64,000 nt of DNA from Acidimicrobiia bacterium (GTDB lineage: Bacteria; Actinomycetota; Acidimicrobiia; Spongiisociales; Spongiisociaceae), in assembly GCA_041576165.1 (NCBI GenBank), contig JBFGLM010000006.1, positions 32,001 through 96,000 of the forward strand, given 5' to 3'. A model generated the notes under the pieces. The model was not told where the DNA came from. It saw only the letters and a list, made by a program, of their open reading frames with translations, and made no database searches. Positions 55,973-64,000 of this stretch are shown piece by piece (the first letter of the stretch is position 1; every line of letters begins with the position of its first letter). The position numbers were made by a program, and so were the translations under genes.

Positions 55973-57460
55973 TCACCTCCACGGCATCAGCTCTGTCTCC
56001 GTTCGGTACAGGATCCGATCACGCACCGCCCGCGCGCGATCCAGTTCGAGGTGGGGCAGCTGCACGTCGCCGACGGCGGTGTGGATCACAACCGTGGCGA
56101 GACCATGGCGGCGGTGGAAGATGGTTTGCACCAGCGACACCGCCTGGGTCTTGTGCAGTGCCAGCGACTGACGGGTGCGGACGACGGGCCCATGCACCAC
56201 CTCGAGCGTGTCGGCGGAGAGCGTCCACCGCCACCGCCGGCGTGCAACCGGAGCGATCAGCGCCACCGTCAGCGGCCACAGCACAACCGCGGCCGCCCGC
56301 CAACCGACCAATACCCACGCGATCAGGCCGGCGGCTACAGCCGGCACTATGCCGATCCAGGTGATCCAGCGCTGCACAGCCAGAACTGAGATGGGGCGGG
56401 CGACACCCCCGACGGGAGGCAACAGCAGCGATCTAAGCCCTACGAGTTCTTCCGGTTTGGTGCCGGGCAACACAATGGAATCGTTCCGGCTCCCGAGACT
56501 CGAGGCGGTCGGCAACGTCACGTGGCTGATGGCGGCACGCCGCTGGAGCGGATTCTGGCGCTCCCGAATCAATTGGATCCGATCGAACGCGGCGGATCGC
56601 TCTGAGCGGCTGAGGAGGCCGGAGGTGCTCCGCAGGCGGTCGCCCTCGACGACCAGCGTGAGGTCGTGGTATCGCAACAACGTCGACCCGAACCACAGCC
56701 CCCCGAACACCACCAAGTATGCAACCACAGCGAGACCGATCAGCGCGACCAACGGCAGGTCGACCGTATCTCGGAGTTGGAGCAGTTCGCGCTCGGTCAC
56801 GCCGAGCGCATCCCCGAGCTCCTGGATCAGCACGACCAGGGGCGCAACCAGCGCCAGGTCGGCCAGCGGGTTGCGGGTCAGGGCGACGTATACCAGGTCG
56901 CGTACGCGGCGGCGCAGCAGCACCTGGGCCGGTTCGGGTGCGTCGACGGTGTCGGGCACGGGCCGTTCGGGGACGGCTCCCTCGCCGGCGCCGCCGGCCT
57001 GGGTGACGGCGTGGCGAAGTGCGATCGCCGTCGGGCGGTCGATCGCTTCGAACTGGAACTCGGATCCGGCGGATCCGGCAGTTTCAATCCGGGCCCGCAC
57101 CAGGCCGATCGGGCGGTGGAGGAATTGTTGTTCGATGTGGACGCTCTGGATGCGTGACAAGGGGATCGTGATCCGCTCGATCGCGACGAGGCCGCTCGTC
57201 ACCACCAGGTCGCCCCCCTCGATGTGGAACGTCCTACGCCACCAGGTTGCCGCAGACAAGATCGCCAGCACCAGCGCGCCGACCACCGCCACCGCCAGCA
57301 ACAGCACGGGAGTGCGACCGGACAGGACCGCCACGGCGGCTATGGCCAGGTTGGCAAGGCCGACCCGGCGCAGCAACCGGCCGGCGATGAATATCAGCGA
57401 CCAGATGCTCTCACGACTGGGTTCGGCGAACGGTTGGGAGACCTGATGTTGGTCATCCAT
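55973..57460 (-). CDS. Membrane protein with bacterial PH domains (YdbT-like)
   Basis: Repeated RIQSV...Q...R..GL...IETAG modules between TM helices. Confidence 0.85.
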   Translation of the reverse strand: MDDQHQVSQPFAEPSRESIWSLIFIAGRLLRRVGLANLAIAAVAVLSGRTPVLLLAVAVVGALVLAILSAATWWRRTFHIEGGDLVVTSGLVAIERITIPLSRIQSVHIEQQFLHRPIGLVRARIETAGSAGSEFQFEAIDRPTAIALRHAVTQAGGAGEGAVPERPVPDTVDAPEPAQVLLRRRVRDLVYVALTRNPLADLALVAPLVVLIQELGDALGVTERELLQLRDTVDLPLVALIGLAVVAYLVVFGGLWFGSTLLRYHDLTLVVEGDRLRSTSGLLSRSERSAAFDRIQLIRERQNPLQRRAAISHVTLPTASSLGSRNDSIVLPGTKPEELVGLRSLLLPPVGGVARPISVLAVQRWITWIGIVPAVAAGLIAWVLVGWRAAAVVLWPLTVALIAPVARRRWRWTLSADTLEVVHGPVVRTRQSLALHKTQAVSLVQTIFHRRHGLATVVIHTAVGDVQLPHLELDRARAVRDRILYRTETELMPWR

Positions 57461-58064
57461 CGAGGCGCGTCCGGCTGAGAACCATTTCCCTGGTCCGCTC
57501 CGCAGTGGCGGGGGAAAGTCCCGGCACGACCAAATCGGCTGATCCACTGCCGGCTGTGAAGATCTCCAGCGACGCCAGCCGGAACGCCCGCTCGATGGCG
57601 CCGGCCGATACTGAAACATGCTGGACTCGGGAGAAGGGCACGGTGGTCACCGACCGACTGAGGAAACCCCGCCGAAATGAGACGTCATGCTCGCGAAGCG
57701 TCCAGCCGCGGTAGGCATACTCAACCCAAACGAGCACCGTCGCACCCACGGTCAGCACCAAGGCCGTGATGATCGCCAGCGTCTCCACCCAGGCCGGGGC
57801 GGGCGCCAGCTGGGCGGCGAGGATGGTGACAACCGTGACGCCCAACCAGCCCGACACCGTGGTCAGCACCCGCACCGTGCGATAGGCCGGATGCAGCGCC
57901 TGGTAGTGGTCCTCGTCGAGCTGCGGCAACGCGGCCACGTCGAGCGGGTCATTGCGGAAATCCGGGGGCGGGGACGGACCTGATCCGGAGGGATCGTCGG
58001 ACTCCGCGGACGGGGTGGAATGGGCGGCGGCCTCGGGATCCCCGAACGAGCCCGTTGTGTTCAT
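57453..58064 (-). CDS. Membrane protein with bacterial PH domain (YdbS-like)
   Basis: Two TM helices then VPFSRVQHV...GAIERAFRLASLEIFTAG. Confidence 0.88.
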   Translation of the reverse strand: MNTTGSFGDPEAAAHSTPSAESDDPSGSGPSPPPDFRNDPLDVAALPQLDEDHYQALHPAYRTVRVLTTVSGWLGVTVVTILAAQLAPAPAWVETLAIITALVLTVGATVLVWVEYAYRGWTLREHDVSFRRGFLSRSVTTVPFSRVQHVSVSAGAIERAFRLASLEIFTAGSGSADLVVPGLSPATAERTREMVLSRTRLDG

Positions 58065-58720
58065 GCAATCGCCACGAACAGCCGGTCGGCTGCGTATGCC
58101 CCGACACCCACCGGCTGCCCGTTGACCTTCACCGTCAAAGCGCCGTGCGGGTCCTTCTGGACCAGCTCCACGCAAGCGCCGGGTCGCAAACCCGACTCGT
58201 CAAGGTATTGCATCATTTCGGCGTCCAGTTCGAGCTCCTCGGAGATGCGTTCGAGCTCGAGGTCCTCACCCCGCTCCATATCCGACATCGGCTTCATCTT
58301 GGGTGGTTTGTAGCCGGCCCCCGGGATGGGGTTGCCGTGCGGACAGGTCTTCGGGTCTTCCATCACCGCCCACATCGCCGCCTCGACATCGTCGGATATC
58401 GTCGTCTCCCACACCTCGGCCTCGGCATGCACTTTCGACCACGGCAGCTTCAACACCTCAGAGAGGAAGCGCTCGGCCAGCCGGTGGCGCCGGACCACGA
58501 CGGCCGCTAGGTGACGTCCTTCTTCAGTGAGATTGATATGCCCGTCCACCGTGACGAGGCCTTCGCCGGCCATCCGGTGGACCATTTCTGAAACGCTCGC
58601 CCGGCTGACGCCCAGCCAGTCCGCGATGCGGGCCTGGATGACCGGGATGCCTTCCTCCTCGATCTCCCAGATAGCTTCGACGTATTCGCGGTATCGCACC
58701 GAATAGGTGGTGTCGGCCAT
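58061..58720 (-). CDS. DtxR/IdeR-family metal-dependent repressor with FeoA-like C-terminal domain
   Basis: ARIADWLGVSRASVSEMV, RRHRLAERFL, HAEA..WE, CPHGNPIPG. Confidence 0.95.
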   Translation of the reverse strand: MADTTYSVRYREYVEAIWEIEEEGIPVIQARIADWLGVSRASVSEMVHRMAGEGLVTVDGHINLTEEGRHLAAVVVRRHRLAERFLSEVLKLPWSKVHAEAEVWETTISDDVEAAMWAVMEDPKTCPHGNPIPGAGYKPPKMKPMSDMERGEDLELERISEELELDAEMMQYLDESGLRPGACVELVQKDPHGALTVKVNGQPVGVGAYAADRLFVAIA

Positions 58721-58821
58721 GGGAGGATCGTAGCCCACCGGTCCTGGAAGGTGCCCGGCGGTTGTTCGCCCAGCGACGGGCAGATTCTTTTGTAGGGGCA
58801 GCCAAAGGTAAGCTGTTAGGG

Positions 58822-59907
58822 ATGCTGAACATCACCCGTCCGGACGGCGAGACAGCCGCGTCAGCGGAATCAGCGCCGCACGTGCGAGTCGGAGGTCTGG
58901 TCAAGACATTTGGCGGATTCACCGCCCTGAGTGGCGCGTCTTTCGACGTGGATCGTGGCCGTACGCTGGCCATTGTGGGCCCGTCGGGGTGTGGCAAGAC
59001 GACGCTCCTGCGCATCATCGCCGGGCTCGACGTCCCCGACGCCGGGAAGGTGATCATCGGGGGGACGGTGCTGACCGGTCCCGCCGGAGTGGTCGCACCC
59101 GACCGCCGCCGGGTGGGCATGGTCTTCCAGGGCGGGGCGCTGTTCCCGCATATGACTGTGGCCGAGAACGTCGGCTATGGCATCCCGCAGGCACCAGACC
59201 GCGACGCCAGAATCCGCGCCAAGCTCGCCATGGTCGACCTGACCGGATTCGAGCACCGCTATCCGGACAGTCTGTCGGGTGGCCAAGCACAGCGAGTGGC
59301 TCTGGCCCGGGCGCTGGCTCCTGAGCCCGACGTATTGCTGCTGGACGAGCCATTCGCCAACCTCGACGACGAACTGCGGGTGCGCGTGCGCTCCGATGTC
59401 GCGGCGCTGCTGCGGTCACTGGAGATCACCGCAATCTTCGTGACCCATGATCAAGAAGAGGCGTTTGTCATCGGCGACGAGGTCGCGGTCATGCGCGATG
59501 GCTCGATCGAACAGGTCGGCGTCCCCGCCGAGATCTACCACCATCCGGCGTCGGCATGGATCGCACGGTTCGTCGGCGACGCCAACATCCTGCCCGGCAT
59601 CCGGGACGGTGAACTGATCGACACCGCCATCGGCATGCTTCCAACCAACGCAGTGTCCGGCACCTCGGTTGCGGTGATGGTGCGGCCCGAGCAGCTGGAA
59701 ATCATCTCCGGCAGCCGGGGCATCATCACCGGAGTCGAGTTCTACGGACACGACACCGCCTACATGGTCGACGTGGCAGGCGAGCAGGTGATCGTGCGCA
59801 TGCTCTCGGCCCCTCGCCACCGTCTCGGAGACACGGTGGATGTCCGTCATCTGGGCGGCGTAGTGCATGTGTTCGAGGACCAGCCGGTGGCACAGGCCGG
59901 AGTATGA
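58822..59907 (+). CDS. Fe3+ ABC transporter ATP-binding protein (FbpC-like)
   Basis: GPSGCGKT, LSGGQAQR, LLLDEPF, TOBE-like tail. Confidence 0.9.
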   Translation: MLNITRPDGETAASAESAPHVRVGGLVKTFGGFTALSGASFDVDRGRTLAIVGPSGCGKTTLLRIIAGLDVPDAGKVIIGGTVLTGPAGVVAPDRRRVGMVFQGGALFPHMTVAENVGYGIPQAPDRDARIRAKLAMVDLTGFEHRYPDSLSGGQAQRVALARALAPEPDVLLLDEPFANLDDELRVRVRSDVAALLRSLEITAIFVTHDQEEAFVIGDEVAVMRDGSIEQVGVPAEIYHHPASAWIARFVGDANILPGIRDGELIDTAIGMLPTNAVSGTSVAVMVRPEQLEIISGSRGIITGVEFYGHDTAYMVDVAGEQVIVRMLSAPRHRLGDTVDVRHLGGVVHVFEDQPVAQAGV

Positions 59908-59925
59908 CCGGCATGGCGTCGTTTG

Positions 59926-59939
59926 TTAGGGCGACCTGA
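59926..59939. promoter_or_regulatory. Putative DtxR/IdeR operator
   Basis: TTAGG-GCGA-CCTGA matches TTAGG-N4-CCTAA with one mismatch; a weaker copy TTAGG-GATG-CTGAA lies at 58816-58829. Confidence 0.5.
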
Positions 59940-60027
59940 CATATCCTGACTGGAACACCTTGCGAGACCGCATGGCTGCTTCCTAATCTCGCGGTCGTGC
60001 CATCACCCCCAAGACGAGGAATTCACG

Positions 60028-61029
60028 ATGAAGCACATCCTGGCGGCGATCTGTGCCCTGGCGCTCGTTGGGACCGCATGCGGCACCGGTGGTGATGACA
60101 AGCTCACGGTGTACTCGGGACGGAGCGAGGAGCTCATCGGACCGCTCATCGAGCAGTTCAGCGACCGCACCGGCGTCCCGGTCGAGGTGAAATACGACTC
60201 GTCATCGAATCTGGCGCTGCTGATTTCCGAGGAGGGGGATCGCACTCCCGCCGACATCTTTATTTCGCAGAGCCCCGGCGCGATCGCCTTTCTGGCGGGA
60301 CAGGATCTGTTGCAGCAACTAGACAGCCGCCTGCTCGATCTGGTCGCACCAGGATTTCGCAGCGCCGAGGGCCTATGGGTCGGGCTATCGGGCCGGGCCC
60401 GGGTCATCGTCATGAATCGTGATCTCGTGAATCCCGATGAGCTGCCCGGATCGGTGTTCGAGCTGACCGAGCCCCAATACGCGGGGAAGGTGGCGCTGGC
60501 GCCCGCCAACGGGTCCTTCCAGGATTTCGTCACAGCCATGCGTATGACCCATGGCGATGACGCGGCGGCTGAGTGGTTGCGCGGCATGTCCGACAATCGG
60601 TCTCCGACCTATGCAAGCAACTCGGCGATCGTGGATGCGGTTGCGCGTGGCGAGGTGCCGATGGGGCTCGTCAACCACTACTACAACTTCCGTGCTGTGG
60701 CCGAGGACCCGTCGTTGCCATCCGAGAACTACTACTTGCCCGGTGATGACATCGGCTCACTCATCATCATCACCGGCGTCGGCATCCTGGCGGCTTCGGA
60801 CAACTCGGAGGATGCCCAATCGCTGATCGAGTTCCTTTTGGGGGCGGACGCTCAGACGTACTTCACGAACGAAACGTTCGAATACCCGCTGGCCACCGGC
60901 GCCCGACCGTGGGAAGGCCTCCCGCCGCTCTCGGACATCGGCGGATTGACGCCCGACTTCGAGGAGCTTGGCGGCGGACTCGAGCGCACCAAGCAGCTGA
61001 TCGATGCGAGCGGCTTCGAGAGCTCGTGA
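60028..61029 (+). CDS. Fe3+ ABC transporter substrate-binding lipoprotein (FbpA/FutA-like)
   Basis: Lipobox GTAC, VYSGR, VNHYY iron-binding tyrosines, TFEYP. Confidence 0.93.
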   Translation: MKHILAAICALALVGTACGTGGDDKLTVYSGRSEELIGPLIEQFSDRTGVPVEVKYDSSSNLALLISEEGDRTPADIFISQSPGAIAFLAGQDLLQQLDSRLLDLVAPGFRSAEGLWVGLSGRARVIVMNRDLVNPDELPGSVFELTEPQYAGKVALAPANGSFQDFVTAMRMTHGDDAAAEWLRGMSDNRSPTYASNSAIVDAVARGEVPMGLVNHYYNFRAVAEDPSLPSENYYLPGDDIGSLIIITGVGILAASDNSEDAQSLIEFLLGADAQTYFTNETFEYPLATGARPWEGLPPLSDIGGLTPDFEELGGGLERTKQLIDASGFESS

Positions 61030-62593
61030 CGCCACACCGATACGGCGTCGGCGCGGCCGCCCGGCGACGGTGTTCACCGGTGCGGTCCTGGTCGTCTTCG
61101 CATTGCCGATCGCGTTCCTGGCCTGGGAAACGCTCGCCAACGGTACCGAGACACTGGCGATCGTCTGGAGCAGTCAGACCGCGGCTCCGCTGTTCCGGTC
61201 GCTGCTGATCGCCACCAGTGCGTCGCTCGGCGCCGGGCTCCTGGGGACCTCACTGGCCTGGATCCTGGTGCGGTTGCGGGTACCCGCCCACGCCTGGTGG
61301 CGGGTGCTGGTGCCGTTGCCGCTGGTGATTCCCTCATTTGTAGGTGCGACGGCCATTCGTTTCGCGTTCGGGCCCGGGGGACTTGTTCCCTTTCTGCCCC
61401 GTTTCGAGGGCTTTTGGGGAGCGTGGGCGGCGTTGGTGGCGTTCACGTACCCGTACGTGTATCTACCGGTGGCGGCGCGATTACAGAGCCTTCCCCCCGC
61501 GCTCGAGGACGCGGCCCGGCTCCTGGGGAGCAGGGCACCGCGTATCGCCCGCACCGTCATCTGGCCGCAACTCCGAGGGTCGATCACCGCCGGCATGTTG
61601 CTGGTCTTCTTGTACGCATTGAGCGACTTTGGAGCCGTGTCGATCATGCGCTACGACACGCTGACCCGTGCCATCTTTTCTGCCCGTCTCGCGGCCCCGA
61701 CCACGGCCCTCACTCTGGGTTTCGTGCTTGCGGTGGTCGCTCTGCTGGTCGCAGCCGGCGAACGACACGTGACAGCCGAGAGCGACACCCGCTCGGACGG
61801 ACGCCCCCGCTCCTCCTCCCCCGTTGATTCTGCCTGGCTGTGGGCCGTGCCGCTCGCCGCAGTCGGGCTGGGGTTGTTGGCTCCTGTCGTGGCGTTCATC
61901 GTGTGGTGGCTGCGGGGCTCGCTGGCCGCGGGTGGGGGCTGGGGTGCGTTGGGGGCCAGCTTCTCCGACCTCGGGGCAGCTGCCGTGAACTCGGCGCTGG
62001 CCGGCCTGGTTGCCGCGGCGGTCGCCGCCGCCGTGCTCCTGCCGGTTGCGTTGGTAGCCGCCCGTCCCCGGACCCGCGTCGCACATCTGGCGCCGGTCAC
62101 CACGTCCGCTACCTTCGCGCTACCCGGACTGGTGATCGCCTTTTCCATCGTGTTCTGGGTTGTCCGGTCTCCCGACTTCGTGTTTGCCTTCTACCAAACG
62201 TTCCCGCTGCTGATCGTGGCCTACGTCATACATTTCGGCGCCCAAGCGCTGCGGCCGATGACGAGCGCGGCGGCGGCGCTGCCCCCCGCACTCTCGGAGG
62301 CGGCCGGCACCCTGGGCGCGGGCACGTGGCGCCGGTTGCGAACCATCCACCTGCCACTGATGACACCCGCCATTACCGCCGGCGCCGGCCTCGTCATGCT
62401 GTCGGTCCTCAAAGAGCTTCCGGCCACACTGCTGCTGGCGCCGCCCGGATTCCAGACGCTCGCCACCAAGGTGTGGGGGGCCGCGGAGGAGGGCTTCCTG
62501 GCCGACGCGGGGGCGGCATCGCTCGCCCTGATCGCCCTGTCCGGGGCGTTGTCGTGGTTGGTGCTGTTGCGCCCGGATCCCACCCGTAGATGA
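61004..62593 (+). CDS. Fe3+ ABC transporter permease (FbpB-like); start uncertain (ATG 61004 or GTG 61070)
   Basis: Two EAA loops (LEDAARLLG, LSEAAGTLG), LSDFG, KELPATLLL. Confidence 0.92.
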   Translation: MRAASRARDATPIRRRRGRPATVFTGAVLVVFALPIAFLAWETLANGTETLAIVWSSQTAAPLFRSLLIATSASLGAGLLGTSLAWILVRLRVPAHAWWRVLVPLPLVIPSFVGATAIRFAFGPGGLVPFLPRFEGFWGAWAALVAFTYPYVYLPVAARLQSLPPALEDAARLLGSRAPRIARTVIWPQLRGSITAGMLLVFLYALSDFGAVSIMRYDTLTRAIFSARLAAPTTALTLGFVLAVVALLVAAGERHVTAESDTRSDGRPRSSSPVDSAWLWAVPLAAVGLGLLAPVVAFIVWWLRGSLAAGGGWGALGASFSDLGAAAVNSALAGLVAAAVAAAVLLPVALVAARPRTRVAHLAPVTTSATFALPGLVIAFSIVFWVVRSPDFVFAFYQTFPLLIVAYVIHFGAQALRPMTSAAAALPPALSEAAGTLGAGTWRRLRTIHLPLMTPAITAGAGLVMLSVLKELPATLLLAPPGFQTLATKVWGAAEEGFLADAGAASLALIALSGALSWLVLLRPDPTRR

Positions 62594-62774
62594 GTGAGCG
62601 CCGACGCCGATCCTGTTTTGAATGTGGGCAAAGAATCATTTGACGGGAGCCACGAAACGCGGGACCATGTTGATTGTCATATACCGGTCGGTTCCGCTCA
62701 GCCGTCAGCTGCCAGGGAGTCAGGGTCCCAAACATCATGGGGCTGGCGGAGCCCTCCCTTTGCCGGAGTCCGTG

Positions 62775-63347
62775 ATGGCCAGGGTTGAAATAACGGAAGA
62801 CGAACTAGTAGCCGGGTCGTTTCCCCCCGTGTGCGCAAAGTCGGGTGAGCCTACTCGCCATCTCGTGGCGATGGACATTCGCCTACCTCACCCGATGACA
62901 CGCTGGCTGGTGGTCGCCGGCATCATCCCCTACTTCGTATGGCGCCAGCTCTTTGCGCACCGAGTCGCCGCCAAGATCCCGCTGAGTCAGGCGCTGATCG
63001 AATTGCGTCGCCGCCAGCATGCGTTGCTCCTGGTAGCGGCTGCCGGCGGCACCGCGGCGGCCGGGATCGGAACGGCGCTGCCCGGTGGCAGTACGCGGGC
63101 CGCGATGATTGTCACCGGACTGGTCGTCGCGGTCGGGGCACACATGGTCCTGGCGGGTTGGCGACGCGAGACGACCATCCGGTTCACCGCCACCCGTTAT
63201 GGGACGGTGGTCGTCGACCGCATCCACCCGACTTTCCGTAGCGCCCTCGCCGCCGGAGGGGGTGGATCGGAGATGACATCCGTGAGTTCCTCAGTGCGGC
63301 CCGTCCCGGCGCCGACTTCCGTGCCTCAGCAGCGTCAGTCGGCCTGA
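62775..63347 (+). CDS. Hypothetical membrane protein
   Basis: MARVEITEDELVAGSFPPVCAKSGEP; three hydrophobic segments; RIHPTF. Confidence 0.7.
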   Translation: MARVEITEDELVAGSFPPVCAKSGEPTRHLVAMDIRLPHPMTRWLVVAGIIPYFVWRQLFAHRVAAKIPLSQALIELRRRQHALLLVAAAGGTAAAGIGTALPGGSTRAAMIVTGLVVAVGAHMVLAGWRRETTIRFTATRYGTVVVDRIHPTFRSALAAGGGGSEMTSVSSSVRPVPAPTSVPQQRQSA

Positions 63348-63370
63348 CCCAGCCGAGGGGGCCAACCGGC

Positions 63371-63763
63371 TCAGCCCTCTCCCAGCAACGCGAGCGGCTC
63401 CATCACCGCGCTGCTGGTAGCCCGGAACGTGCGGCGTCCCAATCCGACGATCTCGGTAGTGGCGGCCACCACCACGGTCACGCGCCGCGGGGCGTACGAC
63501 CGATCGACACGGCAATCGCACGAAACCAACTGGACCCCGTGCAGCGTGGCGAATCGGCCGGCTTCCGTCTCCGGGTCGCCCACCGATCCGAATGGACGAA
63601 AGGTCACAGCGGCAGCGGCAAGTGCCGCGGCATCGGCTGCGCTTGCCGCTCGATTGCGGGCGATGAATGCCTGCCCGACACCGCCGACCAGGACGGCCAG
63701 CACCATCGCCAGCGCGGTGGCGGCGACCGCCAGCGGCACGAGCGAACCTCTGTCTGATCTCAT
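63371..63763 (-). CDS. Tad/Flp pseudopilin, Rv3654c/TadE-like
   Basis: DRGS prepilin-like site, hydrophobic helix, AASAADAAALAAA. Confidence 0.85.
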   Translation of the reverse strand: MRSDRGSLVPLAVAATALAMVLAVLVGGVGQAFIARNRAASAADAAALAAAAVTFRPFGSVGDPETEAGRFATLHGVQLVSCDCRVDRSYAPRRVTVVVAATTEIVGLGRRTFRATSSAVMEPLALLGEG

Positions 63764-64000
63764 GTTTCGACGCGCATCACCGCCCGGCCGCTCACGCGCA
63801 CAGTTGTGCCCCCCAGCACTGCGGCCGCTACCCGATGGACCACCGTCACCTGCACGGAGGCCTCGGCGCCGACCACGGCCGGACGCGAGACGGTGATGAC
63901 AGCAGTCTGAGCCAGGCGGGGCCCGAGCGCCGATCTCACTCTCTGGACGGCCCGGTCGGTGTCGGGAGTGGTCGATGCCACCCGTGCTCCTTCGCGGGCC
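63760..64000 (-). CDS. TadE-family pseudopilin (3' part; start beyond right edge)
   Basis: Open frame from the edge: AREGARVAST...VRVSGRAVMRVET; stop overlaps the next tad gene. Confidence 0.75.
   Translation of the reverse strand, partial: AREGARVASTTPDTDRAVQRVRSALGPRLAQTAVITVSRPAVVGAEASVQVTVVHRVAAAVLGGTTVRVSGRAVMRVET

Overview
High-GC actinobacterial chromosome segment. The SLH-domain protein, gene content and synteny suggest class Acidimicrobiia (inference). Most of the window is the conserved core region disA-radA ... clpC ... lysS-folK-folB-folP-folE-ftsH-hpt-tilS ... sigH/rshA-tRNA-Thr ... holB-tmk ... topA ... hppA ... DUF1998 helicase ... tad. Inserted into it are a nucleoside (BMP) ABC transporter, an OmpA/BON plus coiled-coil gene pair and a DtxR-linked Fe3+ ABC transporter. 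The main signal missed by the ORF track is a 103-codon minus-strand gene at 47370-47681. It has two in-frame TGA codons, each followed by a SECIS-like hairpin, and is a candidate double-selenocysteine HesB/CC-Se-like protein. Other notable items: two genes that appear to start at ATC behind strong Shine-Dalgarno (SD) sites; a decayed four-helix-bundle gene bracketed by inverted 6-nt repeat arrays; a candidate pseudoknotted ncRNA between folK and lysS; a DisA with RYR in place of the catalytic RHR; a FolK-methyltransferase fusion; small MITE-like elements; and a stand-alone secreted peptide ending in GGSWS. No CRISPR array, rRNA, transposase or prophage was seen. All family calls come from motif recognition by eye, without database searches.
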